A stretch of DNA of 64,000 nucleotides from the NCBI RefSeq assembly GCF_030144855.1, contig NC_082712.1:136834001-136898000 (forward strand), written 5' to 3'. The notes under the pieces were generated by a model. The model ran no database searches and was not told the DNA's origin. It saw nothing but the letters and a program-made list of their open reading frames with translations. The position numbers and the translations under genes are program-made. Origin of the DNA: Hypanus sabinus. Taxonomy: Eukaryota. Below, piece by piece: positions 39,775-52,502 of this stretch (its first letter is position 1; the number at the start of each line of letters is the position of its first letter).

Positions 39775-41396
39775 CTGTAGGGGGGAAGAAAAGCAGTTTA
39801 ATAAAACCCAACACTAGACAAATCAAAGTAGCTTTTAGAAATTTAAAACACTAATTATCTCATCTAACCAGATCTTAATCACGTGTATCCACCTGGAATC
39901 ATCTATTCCCAGCATTAGTCAAAAATCCACACCAGTTTAGTCAATGGGAGGACTTGCTATGAATTAAATGGTTAAACTAGTATTGTGTTAAGTTTAAAAT
40001 AAATCATCACTGTATCTATAACAACTTTATTGAAATGAGTCACATGAACACACGAGTACTCTGCTCTGCTCCCTGTTACAATTGATGGTGAGGACGTGGC
40101 TATGAAGAGGAGAGAAGTGTGGGATGCTTGCTGAAAAAGATTATTGACACCAGAGTCAGGATTCACTGCTTCTTGGAAGAAAAGGGAAGTGATCTTGTTT
40201 TAACATGAATGCCTGAAGGGTATAAGGCATGTTCAGGCATGGAAGGTGCACGAGAATATACCATGAAAATCCAGTCCATGTTAGAATACTTGAAGAGTGG
40301 ATCACTCGACACGGCCAAGGGAAAAGCACATGATCCTTCTACAGCTGCTCATGGTTTACAGTAAGGTGCTGAAGTGTCTCTTTGGAGAGGACTACCTCTT
40401 TGATCTTTACTCATCTGATCAGAGAGACATAGGTGTTCAAATGACAGAGAAAAAATTAATTTGTAAAGCTTAATTAGATCTGTATTTGGCTTTGAGTATA
40501 TTTCTGTCATCATTTCACGAACTATGGAAATTTATTGGTTATGGGCATCCAAGCAATGAAGGCAGCAGACTGACAAAGCGTTGAAATGGACAAGCAGCTT
40601 GTATACAACAGATTAAATTCACCATTCCAAATACCAATGTTTGTCTCACGTGCAATAATATAAAATTCTACTTTGACTCAATAATGTGTTTCAAGTAAAC
40701 CATGTCCAGCTCAGGAACTTCCCAAAATGATTATTTTGCTTTCATCTTTTGCTCTACTGCTGCCATTGGAGTGTCGTGGGAGATGGAAGATCTCTGGCTG
40801 TCTGCCTAGAGACCCGAGTTCTTTGGGCAGCGAGCTCAGAAAAAGTGATGCAACAGATTTTTAACATCACAAAATCAGGGAAATGTTTATTATGTCTCCC
40901 ATCTCACTGTGAAACAGGGACACCGCTTTTTCCCTGAATTGGGCAGAGAGCCTGTGGTATATTGAATTACCAGGTGAACGAGTAGAATTTGGGGAACTGC
41001 AAGGCTGTGTCTTTATCGATACTTTACTGCATGCTTGAGTGTTCAGTGGAGGGGGCCGAGGCTTTTTTTGCTGGAGGGGGAGGGAGATCATTGCTTTGCT
41101 GCTGCTTATGATTGAGAGTGGCGAGCTGGGGCGGCTTTGGTGTTCTAACATTTAACTGTCATTCATTCTTTGGTGCGCTCCTCTGATTTCCTGAATGATT
41201 GTGAAGAAAAAGAATTTCAGGATGTATATTGTATACATTTCTTTGACATTAAATGTAGCTTACAAAAGCTTGAGACTGTTGGAACATTTCTTTTGGGCAG
41301 AGTGTGTAGGTTAAAAAAATGTAGTTTAATAGAACCTGATATTAGTCAAATTAAATTAGCTCTTTAAATTTAAAACATTAATCATTTCATCTAACT

Positions 41397-42316
41397 CAGT
41401 GGTCCCCAACCACTGGGCCACGGATCGGCACCAGGCCGCAAAGCATGTGCTACTGGGCCGCAAGGAAATATGATTTGTTGATATGAAACAATACGAGTCT
41501 GCTGCACCATTCCTCACTCCCTGTCACACCCACTGTTGAACTTGAACGCACAAGATGTCATCAGTCACCCAAATGCAGTGATACCCTCGCGCCAGGGATC
41601 ACTGGTTGGACTCGCGCGGCCGGCAGGAAGTACCGTTGCTACCGGCCTGGAGCGCGGACAGATGGGCACTGCCTCTAAACCTGTTTACCACTCTGAACGT
41701 TCATGGGGAACCCAGTGCTAAAATATTCGCGGACGACCTAATTCGGGCTCAGGGTTTTGTAAGTAACAGAGCAGCTACTTCGCTGCGATCAACTGAAAGT
41801 CATCCCTCGAGACAAACTTCTGTCGGTTGATAGATCCTAAAGATCTACAAGAAGGGGTGGGCAGGTGTCCATTTGCATTCCTCGCTCGGTCGGTCGCTCT
41901 CTCCAGACTGCGACCGCCGCGGCCTTGGTACGGGGATCTCCGGCCCTTACCTTGTCCTCCCACTGGTGTGTTGCAATGATTTTATATGTTCATACGAGGA
42001 AAATATGCACTGTTTAATATCCAAACGTTACTAAAAATGTTATGATGCTACTGACAGAGAGTTATAATTGACACCACTATATTCATCCGAGGAAAATATG
42101 CGCTGTGTTTAATATTAAATTCGTTAGATAAACCCTTTTAGAAACAAAATTGAGTGTATTAGCCACTTATAAGTGACTTATAGTTGACTTATCACCTATA
42201 TTTCAGTTGTGATTAACACACCCATCCACTCCCCCCCCCCCACACCTGTCGGCCAGTCCGCAAGAATATTGTCAATATTAAGCTAGTCCGTGGTGCAAAA
42301 TGGTTGGTGAACCCTG
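41397..42316. mobile_element. hAT MITE
   Basis: TIRs cagtggtccccaacc / ggttggtgaaccctg; 8-bp TSD atctaact / atctaacc. Confidence 0.8.
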
Positions 42317-43625
42317 ATCTAACCAGATGTTAGACTGTAACCTCCTAGAATTATCCATCCACAGTATTAGGAACACTGTTTCAGTCAATGTGAGGTTTGA
42401 TATGAAGTAAATGGTTAAATTAATATATTGTTAAGTTTAAAATGATCGATCATTGCATCTATAACAACTTCACTGAAATGTGTCACGTGAGCAAATGAGT
42501 ACTCTGCACTACAATTGCTGGTGAGGACGTGGCTGTGCTGAGGACCTACAGGTACCTGGGAATGCACCCGGATGACAGAATTGAGTGGAGCAACAACACA
42601 GAGGCTGCGTCCAAGAAGGGCCAGAGTTTCCTCTACGTCTTGAGAAGACTAAACTCCTTTGGAGTATGCAGTACTCCTTTGCACCTGTTCTATCAGTCTG
42701 TTGTCGCCAGTACAATCTTCTACACGGTGGTGTGCTGGGGCAATGGCAACAACATGGGTATTGCCTGCAGGCTCTATTAACTTCGTACAAATGCTGCCTC
42801 TGTTATAGGAGTCTAACTGGATGCTGTGGTAGATCAAAGGACCTTGCAGAAAATCCTGGCAATTCTGGACAATGATCTCACCCTCTGTATGCCATCTTGG
42901 CTGAACGGAAGAGAACTTTGAGTAATAGATTAAGGCAGCTGTGCTGCTTCAATGAGTGCTATATCAGGTCATTCTTAACCTCCACCACTAGGTTCTATAA
43001 TGGCTGACTCATTATAGGGTAGGGATGATCCCCTCTGTTGCACTGCTTGAGTTAACTTATTTTTTTATTCTTTTGACTCCTGTTCTAATATTTATATCTG
43101 TGCACTTGTAATGCTAAGGTGACACTGTAAATTCCTTTGGAATAAATAAAGTATCTCTATCTAACTACTACAACAGACTCTCCCGCGAAGGTGTAATTAG
43201 AATTCTTTCTTTTGAACTTTCTTTGTCTTTTCTTGAACCACCTCACATTTGATACAACTTACAACATCTGTTTTTGCTAGTGTATCATTGAAATTAGAAT
43301 AAAACTTAATCGATCTGCACCCTGAACAATTAAGAACCAAGAAACGCAAATAATAACTGAGGACATCATAGTGTATTCTCATTGATATGCCAGTTCTAGG
43401 CACTCAGTATATGTAACTGTGGCCAAGATGCTACGCTCTGTTGGATAGCAGCAAATGATGTACTGGCGGTCTTATCAGAATAAGGAGAGTCAATCTCATT
43501 GAAATGTACAAAACTCTTATCTGTCTGGACAGGAATTAATGTGCAGTTGATGTTTCAGCTGGCTGATATAGCGAGAACAAGGTATCTGAGTCTTACAGTT
43601 AGGATTTGAGAAAAAGATTTTGTCA

Positions 43626-45004
43626 AAAAAGGTAGTAGGGATAGTCCAGGTAATTATAGATCAGTGAGCCTCACGTCTGCGATGGGAAACCTGTTGGAAA
43701 AGATTCTTAGAGATAGGATCTATGGGCATTTAGAGAATCATGGTCTGATCAGACAGTCAGCATGGCTTTGTGAAGGGCAGATCGTGCCTAACAAGCCTGA
43801 TAGAGTTCTATGAGGAGGTGACCAGGCTGAGGGTAGTGCAGTGGATATGATCTACATGGATTTGACAAGGCATTTGACAAGGTTCCACACGGTAGGCTTA
43901 TTCAGAATGTCAGAAGGCATGGGATGCAGGGAAGTTTGGCCAGGTGGATTCAGAATTGGCTTGCCTGCAGAAGGCAGAGGGTTGTGTTGGAGAGAGTACA
44001 TTCAGATTGGAGGGATGTGACTAGTGGTGTCCCACAAGGATTTGTTCTGGGACCTCTACTTTTTGTGATTTTTATTAACGACCTGGATGAGGGGGTAGAA
44101 GGGTAGGTTGACAAGTTTGCAGATGACACAAAGGTTGGTGGTGTTGTAGATGGTGCAGAGAATTGTCGAAGATTACAGAGGGACATTGGTAGGATACAGA
44201 AGTGGGCTGAGAAGTGGCAGATGGAGTTCAACCCGGAGAAGTGTGAGGTGGTACACTTTGGAAGTACAAACTCCAAGGCAGAGTACAAAGTAAATGGCAG
44301 GACACTTGGTAGTGTGGAGGAGCAGAGAGATCTGGGGCTACATGTCCACAGATCCCTGAAAGTTGCCTCACAGGTAGATGGGGTAATTAAGAAAGCTTAT
44401 GGGGTGTTAGCTTTCATAAGTCAAAGGATAGAGTTTAAGAGACGCAATGTAATGATGCAGCTCTAAAAATCTCTAGTTAGGTCACACTTGGAGTACTGTG
44501 CCCAGTTCTGGTCACCTCACTATAGGAAGGATGTGGAAGCATTGGAAAGGGTACAGAGGAGATTTACCAGGATGCTGCCTGGTTTAGAGAGGATGGATTA
44601 TGATCAGAGATTAAGGGAGCTAGGGCTTTGCTCTCTGGAAAGAAGGAGGATGAGAGGAGACATGATAGGGGTAAACAAGATATTAAGAATAGACAGAGTG
44701 GACAGCCAGCACCTCTTCCCCAGGGCACCACTGCTCAGCACAAGAGGACATGGCTTTAAGGTAAGGGGAGGGAAGTTCAAGGGGGATATTAGAGGAAGGT
44801 TTTTCACTCAGACAGTGGTTGGTGCGTGGAATGCACTGCCTGAGTCAGTGGTGGAGTCAGATACACGAGTGACATTTAAGAGACTACTAGACAGTTTATA
44901 TGGAAGAATTTAAGATGGGTGGTTATATGGGAGGTGGGGTTTGAGGGTCGGCACAACATTGTGGGCTGAAGGGGCTATAATGTGCTGTACTATTCTATGT
45001 TCTA
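43626..45004 (+). mobile_element. 5'-truncated CR1 LINE (degenerate RT)
   Basis: RT motifs (SGVPQG..LGPLLF, FADDTK, LEYCAQFWSPHY) and a ttctatg tail. 5-bp tgtca direct repeat on both sides. Empty site tgtcagtcagagc in the downstream units. Confidence 0.9.
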
Positions 45005-45231
45005 TGTCATTCAGAGCTGAGGAAGCTATAAACCCACAATCTTCAAGGCAGAAATTGAAAGATATTGGAAAATAAAGTCTGTGGGGCCAAAACAGGGATA
45101 TGACACTGCAATAAATAAAACAAAGCCTGGCATGATCTCACTGAATAGAAAAGCAGCCATGAGAGGACAAATGGCTTAGACTGCTTCTCAGGGTACAATG
45201 TGATCACAGACTTGGTTAGAATGGTATTCAC

Positions 45232-45561
45232 CTCTTAACTGCAGACGGTAACTCGATGTCACAGGCTTGCTTGAAGTTTCAGAGTGAAGGAATTGCATTT
45301 TGAACTCTTTCCCATGATCTGCAGTCGTTGGTGTAAATGTCCACTGGGATGATCGTGAGTACAAACCACTGGAATCCTCTTTACTTGCTTCGGTGACTAT
45401 TCCTACTTTTGATGGATTTTGAACTTTACTGAAATCTTTGAACCAGAATATCTGATTTCCTTCTGGATAAAATTCATAAGCCGTGCAGGAAAGTGTTAAA
45501 GACTTTCCTATTTCAGGGGAAGGTGGATCTGCCTTAATTTCCAAGATCTTTGGCAATGAAA
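45232..45561 (-). CDS. Multi-Ig gene, C1-set exon B (3'-most copy)
   Basis: tctag acceptor, gtgaat donor, 330 bp, open frame. Confidence 0.85.
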
Positions 45562-46456
45562 CTAGACATAAAAAAGGAAGAAAAATAAGTTAAACTAAAT
45601 ATGCAATTTAGAGAAGATTACAATTTAAACCAAAACTGACAGGCATTTCTTAGTAAGTACTTCAAGACTGAAAACTATTAAAAGCAATGTAAAAAAAAAA
45701 CAATTGCCATGTCTTTCCTGATTTGGATTATTATTTTATTTCTAATGATTGGATCTCACTGCTTTCTTGTGGGTTCTCAGCTGTTGGTGATTGCTCATTA
45801 TCCTGTTGTTAAGCAATTAGCTTTCATCATCACGGCAGCCATCTTACATTGTTTTTATTTCACTTAGTAGTTAGAAGCACTGGTTATTTGAATCTGCCTT
45901 TTATTAGAATACTAATATTTTAATTAAAAATAGATTCATTCAGGAGAGTTCTTTAAACTATCCTATATCCTTTTAATAGTGTGAAACCTGTCAAACACCC
46001 TTGATAAGTATAGTCATATGGCGGCTAGTTTTGATCAAATAGTTTATAATTTTTACAATCAATAACAATTTAAAGTTTTATACTTTTCCCTCTTAACTAT
46101 ATCTATGCATTAACTTTTACTTCTTTGCCTACTAATCAATGAATTCACCCTTTTTATAGAACATAGAATAGTACAACAATTTAATTTCATTTAATTTCTT
46201 TCATTTTCTAAGGAAATCTCTGTTCAATCAAATCAACCATGTTCACTTTCCTTTGCAATAATACAATTAGCCTGTAGGCTTTGCAACAGTTGGCTTTCTG
46301 TCTTAGTAAACGGATGCCAAAGTATTACAAGGGTATGTCCCAGTACCAACAGTTATCATTAGACGGCCATCTTTTATGAATTTCAAATTGATTGTAGAAA
46401 AAAACAATTTCAGAAGCAAAAAGTGATCATGCTTTAGTTAAAAACCTGTTACTTAC

Positions 46457-46768
46457 TCACTTCACCAGCTACCCAATGAGTCTCTTTTGGCTTTGATAAG
46501 CTCTCATGTGTGACTTGGCATGTGTATTTTGTCCTAGCGTCAGCAATGGTGAGAACAATCTTCACATTAGCTGTCAGCTGATAGAGTTCATCCTGTCCAG
46601 TTTCTGCTTTATTAACTACAGAATTTTGTTGAATTTCTGAGCCATCTTTGAGCCATTTAACAGTGATATCTCTGGGGAAAAATGAACTTATTTGACAGCT
46701 TAAGTTCACGGGCTCTTTTGCAATTGGTTTTGCTGTGTTACACTTTATAGTGCCCAGTTTTGGAGGAG
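46457..46768 (-). CDS. Multi-Ig gene, C1-set exon A (copy at 46.5 kb)
   Basis: ttccag acceptor, gtaagt donor, 312 bp, open frame. Confidence 0.88.
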
Positions 46769-46849
46769 CTGGAAGAGAAAAAAAAGGTTTTAAACATTAG
46801 CAGATTTTTAAAAGTGGGGAATTAGATAGTGCGCTTTCCATATGTAATT

Positions 46850-49800
46850 CTTTCTTTCTTTTTCAATCTTTTTATTAAATTTCATATATAAAAAAAAACA
46901 ACACAAAATAATGAATAGATTACAGATTCAATAAACTTGAGATTACATTAGTAATAGGATAATAATATCCTATTAAAACATCCATCAACAAAAGGTGCAT
47001 AAATCAATCAAGTCTATGTAAATATATATGAAAAACAAAAATAATCGTCGAAAAAAGAGAAAAAAAAAAAAATTGAAATTATATATGAGAAAAAATATAT
47101 AATGAAAAAAAATACTAAACTAACACTAACATGGGCAATAATAACACTTTATAAATATATAAAGGTGTCAAGAAAAGAACTCCAGAACTCCATACCTGAA
47201 CAAGTATAAGTAGAGAAAAGGATCTGAAATAAGCCAAATTAATTCATATGAAAGTGTCGAATAAATGGTCCCCAGGTTTCTTCAAATTTAATTGAAGAAT
47301 CAAAGATAGTGCTTCTGATTTTTTCCAAACTCAAATAAGAAATAGTTTGGGAGAACCACTGAAATGTAGTAGGAGGATTTACTTCTTTCCAGTTTTGTAA
47401 TATAGACCTTCTGGCAATTAATGTTACAAAGGCAATCATTCGTCTGATTGAAGGGGAAAGTTGATTGCCATCTTCATTTGGTATACCGAAAATTGCAGTA
47501 ATAAAATGGGGTTGTAAATCGATATTCCATACTGAGGAAATGACATCAAAAATGTCCTTCCAATAGTTATGTAAAGTGGGACATGTCCAAAACATGTGAG
47601 TCAATGAAGCCACTTCTAAGTGACATCTGTCACATTGAGGATTGATATGCGAATAAAATCGGGCAAGTTTATCTTTAGACATATAAGCTCTATGTACAAT
47701 TTTAAATTGTATTAAAGCATGTTTAGCACAAATAGAGGGGGAATTAACCATTTGTAAAATTTTTTCCCATTTATCTGTTGATATATTACATCGAAGTTCT
47801 TTTTCCCATTCTTGTCTAATTCTATCCGATATTTCTGGCTGTATCTTCATAATCATGTTATAAATAAAAGCTACTAATCCCTTCTGACAAGGATTAAAAG
47901 TAAAAATCAAATCTGAAAAATCCGATGGAGTTGAATTAGGAAAAGATGAAAGAATTTTATGTAAGAAATTTCTAATTTGTAAGTATCTAAAAAAATTAGA
48001 TTTAGGTAATTCAAATTTGTTGGATAGTTGATCAAAGGACATCAAAGTACCTTCAAAAAAAAGATCACGAAAACATTTTATACCTTTCCTTTTCCATATA
48101 CTAAAAGCTTGATCTGTCAATGAAGGTTTAAAAAAAAAATTACATAAAATAGGGCTGTCCAAAGCAAAGTTTTTCAGATTAAAGAATTTGCGAAATTGAA
48201 ACCAAATTCGTAGTGTATGTTTAACAACAGGGTTAGATATCTGTTTATTGAATTTGGCTAAATCAATAGGAAGAAAAGAACCAAGAACGGAAAATATAGA
48301 ATATCCCTTAACCTCACTACATTCCAAATTTACCCACTGTGGGCACACAGGTGAATCCAAATCTAGTTTCCAGTACATTAGGTTACGAATATTATTCGCC
48401 CAATAATAAAATCTAAAGTTAGGTAAAGCTAGACCACCATCTTTTTTAGACTTTTGTAATTGCCTTTTGCTTAACCTAGGATTTTTATTTTGCCAAACAA
48501 ATGAGGAAATCTTTGAATCAATATTATCAAAAAAAGATTTAGGAATAAAAATTGGTAAAGCTTGGAATAAATATAAAAATTTCGGTAAAATCATCATTTT
48601 AATAGCATTAATCCGACCAACTAATGATAAAAATAAGGGAGACCATCTAGTAGTAAGTTGCTGAATTTGATGAAGCATAGGTAAAAAATTCAGTCCAAAT
48701 AAATCTTTATATTTCTTGGTGATTTTTATACCTAAATAGATAAAGTTATCAGTAACAACTTTAAATGGCATCCTATCACTCAATAAAGTTTGCGGGTTTA
48801 AAGGGAATAACTCACTCTTATCTAAGTTTAACTTATAACCAGAAAAACTACCAAATTGAGCCAACAAGGATAAAATAGCAGGAATAGACCTACTAGGATT
48901 AGAAATATATAACAACAAATCATCAGCATAAAGCGATAATTTGTATAACTTCTCATTACGGGTAATACCAAAAATATTAGGAGACTCACGAATAGCAATA
49001 GCTAAAGGTTCTAATGCAATATTAAATAATAAAGGACTTAAAGGACAACCTTGTCTCGTACCACGAGATAATTGAAAAAAAGAGGATCTATAATTATTTG
49101 TAAGAACAGAAGCAACAGGTTTATAATATATTAATTTAATCCATGATATAAAATTAGGACTAAAATTAAAGTTTCTCAATGCATTAAATAAATATGTCCA
49201 TTCAACTCTATCAAAGGCTTTTTCAGCATCTAATGAGATAACACATTCTGGGGTTGTAGGTGATGAAGTATAAATTATGTTAATCAATTTTCTAATATTA
49301 AAAAAGGAATATCGATTCCTAATAAAACCAGTTTGATCTTCTGAAATAATCTGTGGTAATACCTTTTCTAATCTAATGGCTAAAATTTTTGTAAGAATCT
49401 TAGAGTCTACATTTAATAATGATATAGGGCGATAAGATGCACATAAGGTAGGATCTTTATCTTTTTTAAGAATTAGAGAGATAGTAGCTTCATAAAACGA
49501 TTGAGGTAATCTCTTCTTAACAAACGCATCATTAAAGATTTCACATAGCCAAGGAGAAAGCAATAAAGAAAAAGTTTTAAAAAATTCTACAATAAAACCA
49601 TCAGGACCAGGAGCTTTCCCTGAATTCATTGATGAGATAGCCTCTCTTATTTCATCCATAGAAATAGGAGCATCAAGCAAGCTACAATCTTCATCTATCA
49701 GTTTAGGAATATTCAAATTATTAAAAAAATTATCCATCGTAAACCGGTCACCGTCAAATTCTGATTGATATAAAGATTTATAAAAATCTTGAAAAGTGTT

Positions 49801-52144
49801 ATTGATTTCTTTATAATCAGTAGTTAAATTACCGTCTTGTTTACGAATTTTAATAATTTGTCGCTTAGTCGAAATAGCTTTTAATTGATTAGCTAACAAT
49901 TTACCAGTTCGATCACTATGAATATAAAATTGAGCCCTAGTCTTAATTAATTGATTCTCAATTGAAGAAGATAATAATAAACTATGTTCCATTTGAAGCT
50001 CAACTCTCTTCTTATAAAGTTCTTTGGTAGGAGTAACGGAATAAATCTTATCAATTTCTTTAATTTTATCCACCAATAAAGCTATATCTGAATATCTTTG
50101 TTTTCTTTTACCAGCGGAATATGAAATAATTTGTCCACGAATAAAAGCCTTGAAAGAGTCCCAAAGTATTCCTTTATCAATCTCTTCATTATAGTTTGTT
50201 GAAAAAAATAAGTCAATTTGTTGTTTTATGAAGGTAATAAATTCTGGATCTTGAAGTAAAGTAGCATTAAGTCTCCAAGATCTAGTATTGATAGAAGAAT
50301 CCGAAATCTTGATAGATAACTTCAGAGGCGCATGATCCGAAATAGCAATAGAATCGTATTTACAATCAATAACATCTGTTAATAAACGATGATCAATAAG
50401 AAAGTAATCAATTCTAGAATAACTATGATATACATGTGAAAAGAATGAAAATTCTTTACCTTTAGGGTTCAAAAACCGCCATATTTCAGTAATTCCAGAA
50501 TCAACCATAAAAGAATTAATAAGTAAAGCTGATCTATTCGGAAGAGTTCGAATAGGTTTAGATCTATCCATCGAAGGATTCAAACAACAATTAAAGTCTC
50601 CACCCATAATCAACATATATTCATTCAAATTAGGAAGAGAAGTAAATAACCGTTTAAAAAATTCAGGACAATCAAAGTTTGGAGCATAAATATTAACTAA
50701 AACAACTTTCCGATTAAAAAGTGAACCAGTTATCAACAAAAATCTACCCTGTGGATCAGAAATAATTTCATAATGTGTAAACGAAATTGAGGCGTCTATA
50801 AAAATAGACACACCCCTAATTTTAGCGGTACAATTTGAGTGAAATTGTTGACCTTTCCAGAACCTAAAAAAACGTTGATTATCCTCCCTCCTAATGTGGG
50901 TCTCCTGTGCAAAAATAATATTAGCGTTCAATCTATGGAATACTTTAAATATTTTTTTACGTTTAATCGGATGATTTAAACCATTAGTATTCCACGAGAT
51001 AAAGTTAATAGATTTATCCATCATACCAATATTAATTGTGTGTATCATAAAAGGTTAAAAAAACACATAACCCACAATTTAGGAAGAAGGAAAATTGATT
51101 CAGGAGCAACCGGAGATCCTGACACCTCAACAATATTAACAATTTAAAGTCAGCCCATAAACTAAAAGCAAAAAAATAAAAAGCAAAAGCATGAAAAAAG
51201 ATCCCTCCCCCCTCCCCCCACCCTTTGAAAGAAAGCCAAGCGGCAGGCGCATAAACTAATACTAATATTACCCCCATTTCAAGATGGCAGCTCCATAAGA
51301 AAATTTTTTAAGAAAAAACTATATAACACCCCAATTAAAATATAGAGTTGCAAAAAAAAAAAATATATATATATATATATACCTACATATATATATATAT
51401 ATATATACATACACATACACATACACACCCATATCAGACAAATCAAAAAAAAACTAAAATAGTAAAACCAGAAAGATCATTAATAAAAAAAAAAATGCAC
51501 ATTAAAGTTTAAAAATGTGATACACCTTTAAAAAAGAATTTCCATATTCAGATACAAAGATGACGTTTCACAAGCCAAGACTTATGGGAAGAAGAAACGA
51601 CATTTTGAGAAAGCCATATTACAAAATATGAATATAAATTCAGCAATCTAATGAGAAAATATAGTAAAAAAAAAGTTATCAAAATAGAATATTTTTATAT
51701 AAAAAAAAAGATTTAATAGACACTACAACATATTTAAAAAAAAACTAAAGAAAAAGAATTCAAAACCTTTGTTCCATTTCTAAATACAGGCAAACAAATA
51801 AACGCTTATAAAAAGTAAAGACTTATGGGAAGAAGAAACGACATTTTGAAAAAAATAATTCATTATTACAAAATACAAACGTATATAAAAAAAAGGATAT
51901 TATAAAGATTAAAACAGCATCTATAAGCAATAATAATAGTAAAAAAAAAGACCCAGACCCATAGTTCAAAATAAGAAGTTATAACCCAACTTCCAGGGTT
52001 AAAACTTAAAATGAAATAACATCCTCTCTCCAAAAAAAAATCTTCAATGTAACTCATAGTTCAAGTTGCACTAGAGGATCGATATTCTTCAACAAATTTC
52101 TTCGCTTCTTCAGGAGTGATAAAAAAGTGTAGACTGTTGTCGGG
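46850..52144 (-). mobile_element. L1-clade LINE, 5'-truncated within ORF1, with intact ORF2
   Basis: 12-bp TSD ccatatgtaatt (46838-46849 and 52145-52156). A-rich tail with AATAAA at 46871-46876. Empty sites at the equivalent positions near 56454 and 60760. ORF1 C-terminal remnant ...FFITPEEAKKFVEEY...* at about 52060-52144. Confidence 0.95.
47239..51048 (-). CDS. L1 ORF2p (APE endonuclease + reverse transcriptase + C-terminal CCHC), 1269 aa
   Basis: SWNTNGL, AQETH, GGDFN, SRIDY, SDH endonuclease motifs; QGCPLSP and LYADD RT motifs; CDRC...HMFWTC. Uninterrupted frame. Confidence 0.95.
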   Translation of the reverse strand: MIHTINIGMMDKSINFISWNTNGLNHPIKRKKIFKVFHRLNANIIFAQETHIRREDNQRFFRFWKGQQFHSNCTAKIRGVSIFIDASISFTHYEIISDPQGRFLLITGSLFNRKVVLVNIYAPNFDCPEFFKRLFTSLPNLNEYMLIMGGDFNCCLNPSMDRSKPIRTLPNRSALLINSFMVDSGITEIWRFLNPKGKEFSFFSHVYHSYSRIDYFLIDHRLLTDVIDCKYDSIAISDHAPLKLSIKISDSSINTRSWRLNATLLQDPEFITFIKQQIDLFFSTNYNEEIDKGILWDSFKAFIRGQIISYSAGKRKQRYSDIALLVDKIKEIDKIYSVTPTKELYKKRVELQMEHSLLLSSSIENQLIKTRAQFYIHSDRTGKLLANQLKAISTKRQIIKIRKQDGNLTTDYKEINNTFQDFYKSLYQSEFDGDRFTMDNFFNNLNIPKLIDEDCSLLDAPISMDEIREAISSMNSGKAPGPDGFIVEFFKTFSLLLSPWLCEIFNDAFVKKRLPQSFYEATISLILKKDKDPTLCASYRPISLLNVDSKILTKILAIRLEKVLPQIISEDQTGFIRNRYSFFNIRKLINIIYTSSPTTPECVISLDAEKAFDRVEWTYLFNALRNFNFSPNFISWIKLIYYKPVASVLTNNYRSSFFQLSRGTRQGCPLSPLLFNIALEPLAIAIRESPNIFGITRNEKLYKLSLYADDLLLYISNPSRSIPAILSLLAQFGSFSGYKLNLDKSELFPLNPQTLLSDRMPFKVVTDNFIYLGIKITKKYKDLFGLNFLPMLHQIQQLTTRWSPLFLSLVGRINAIKMMILPKFLYLFQALPIFIPKSFFDNIDSKISSFVWQNKNPRLSKRQLQKSKKDGGLALPNFRFYYWANNIRNLMYWKLDLDSPVCPQWVNLECSEVKGYSIFSVLGSFLPIDLAKFNKQISNPVVKHTLRIWFQFRKFFNLKNFALDSPILCNFFFKPSLTDQAFSIWKRKGIKCFRDLFFEGTLMSFDQLSNKFELPKSNFFRYLQIRNFLHKILSSFPNSTPSDFSDLIFTFNPCQKGLVAFIYNMIMKIQPEISDRIRQEWEKELRCNISTDKWEKILQMVNSPSICAKHALIQFKIVHRAYMSKDKLARFYSHINPQCDRCHLEVASLTHMFWTCPTLHNYWKDIFDVISSVWNIDLQPHFITAIFGIPNEDGNQLSPSIRRMIAFVTLIARRSILQNWKEVNPPTTFQWFSQTISYLSLEKIRSTIFDSSIKFEETWGPFIRHFHMN

Positions 52145-52502
52145 CCATATGTAATTATTTATAGCTTTGATAACTTTGGAAAAAGACATAAAAATAATTA
52201 TTAAATGTTTATTAAATTAAATCAGTGTAATCCTACCCTATTGATTTAGCTTGCTATATTCCTAAATTATCTCAAATCATTTCCCTTGTAACATTATTAC
52301 TACCTTGTAACAATAAGAGAAATATGGTATCAAGACAATGCATTCACCAGAGGAGCCTCCAAATCAAATAAGCAATCTGGATCCTTTTTCGGATCCAGGG
52401 TTACTGCTTTCTCTTGCTTGTCGTTAGTGGAGTGGTGCAGTATGCTACATAAGTACTACGAGTTCTGGTCTGTATTTTGCTCTGTGTGTGTATTTTATCA
52501 TG

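Larger units (their letters stand above)
33850..43300. repeat. Older, diverged and rearranged local segmental duplications
   Basis: 34645-35460 matches 38980-39790 (offset about 4.3 kb) and partly 40100-40700. 34120-34340 matches 36790-37020 and 37380-38510. 35870-36710 matches 42320-43160 and partly 39860-40090. Confidence 0.85.
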
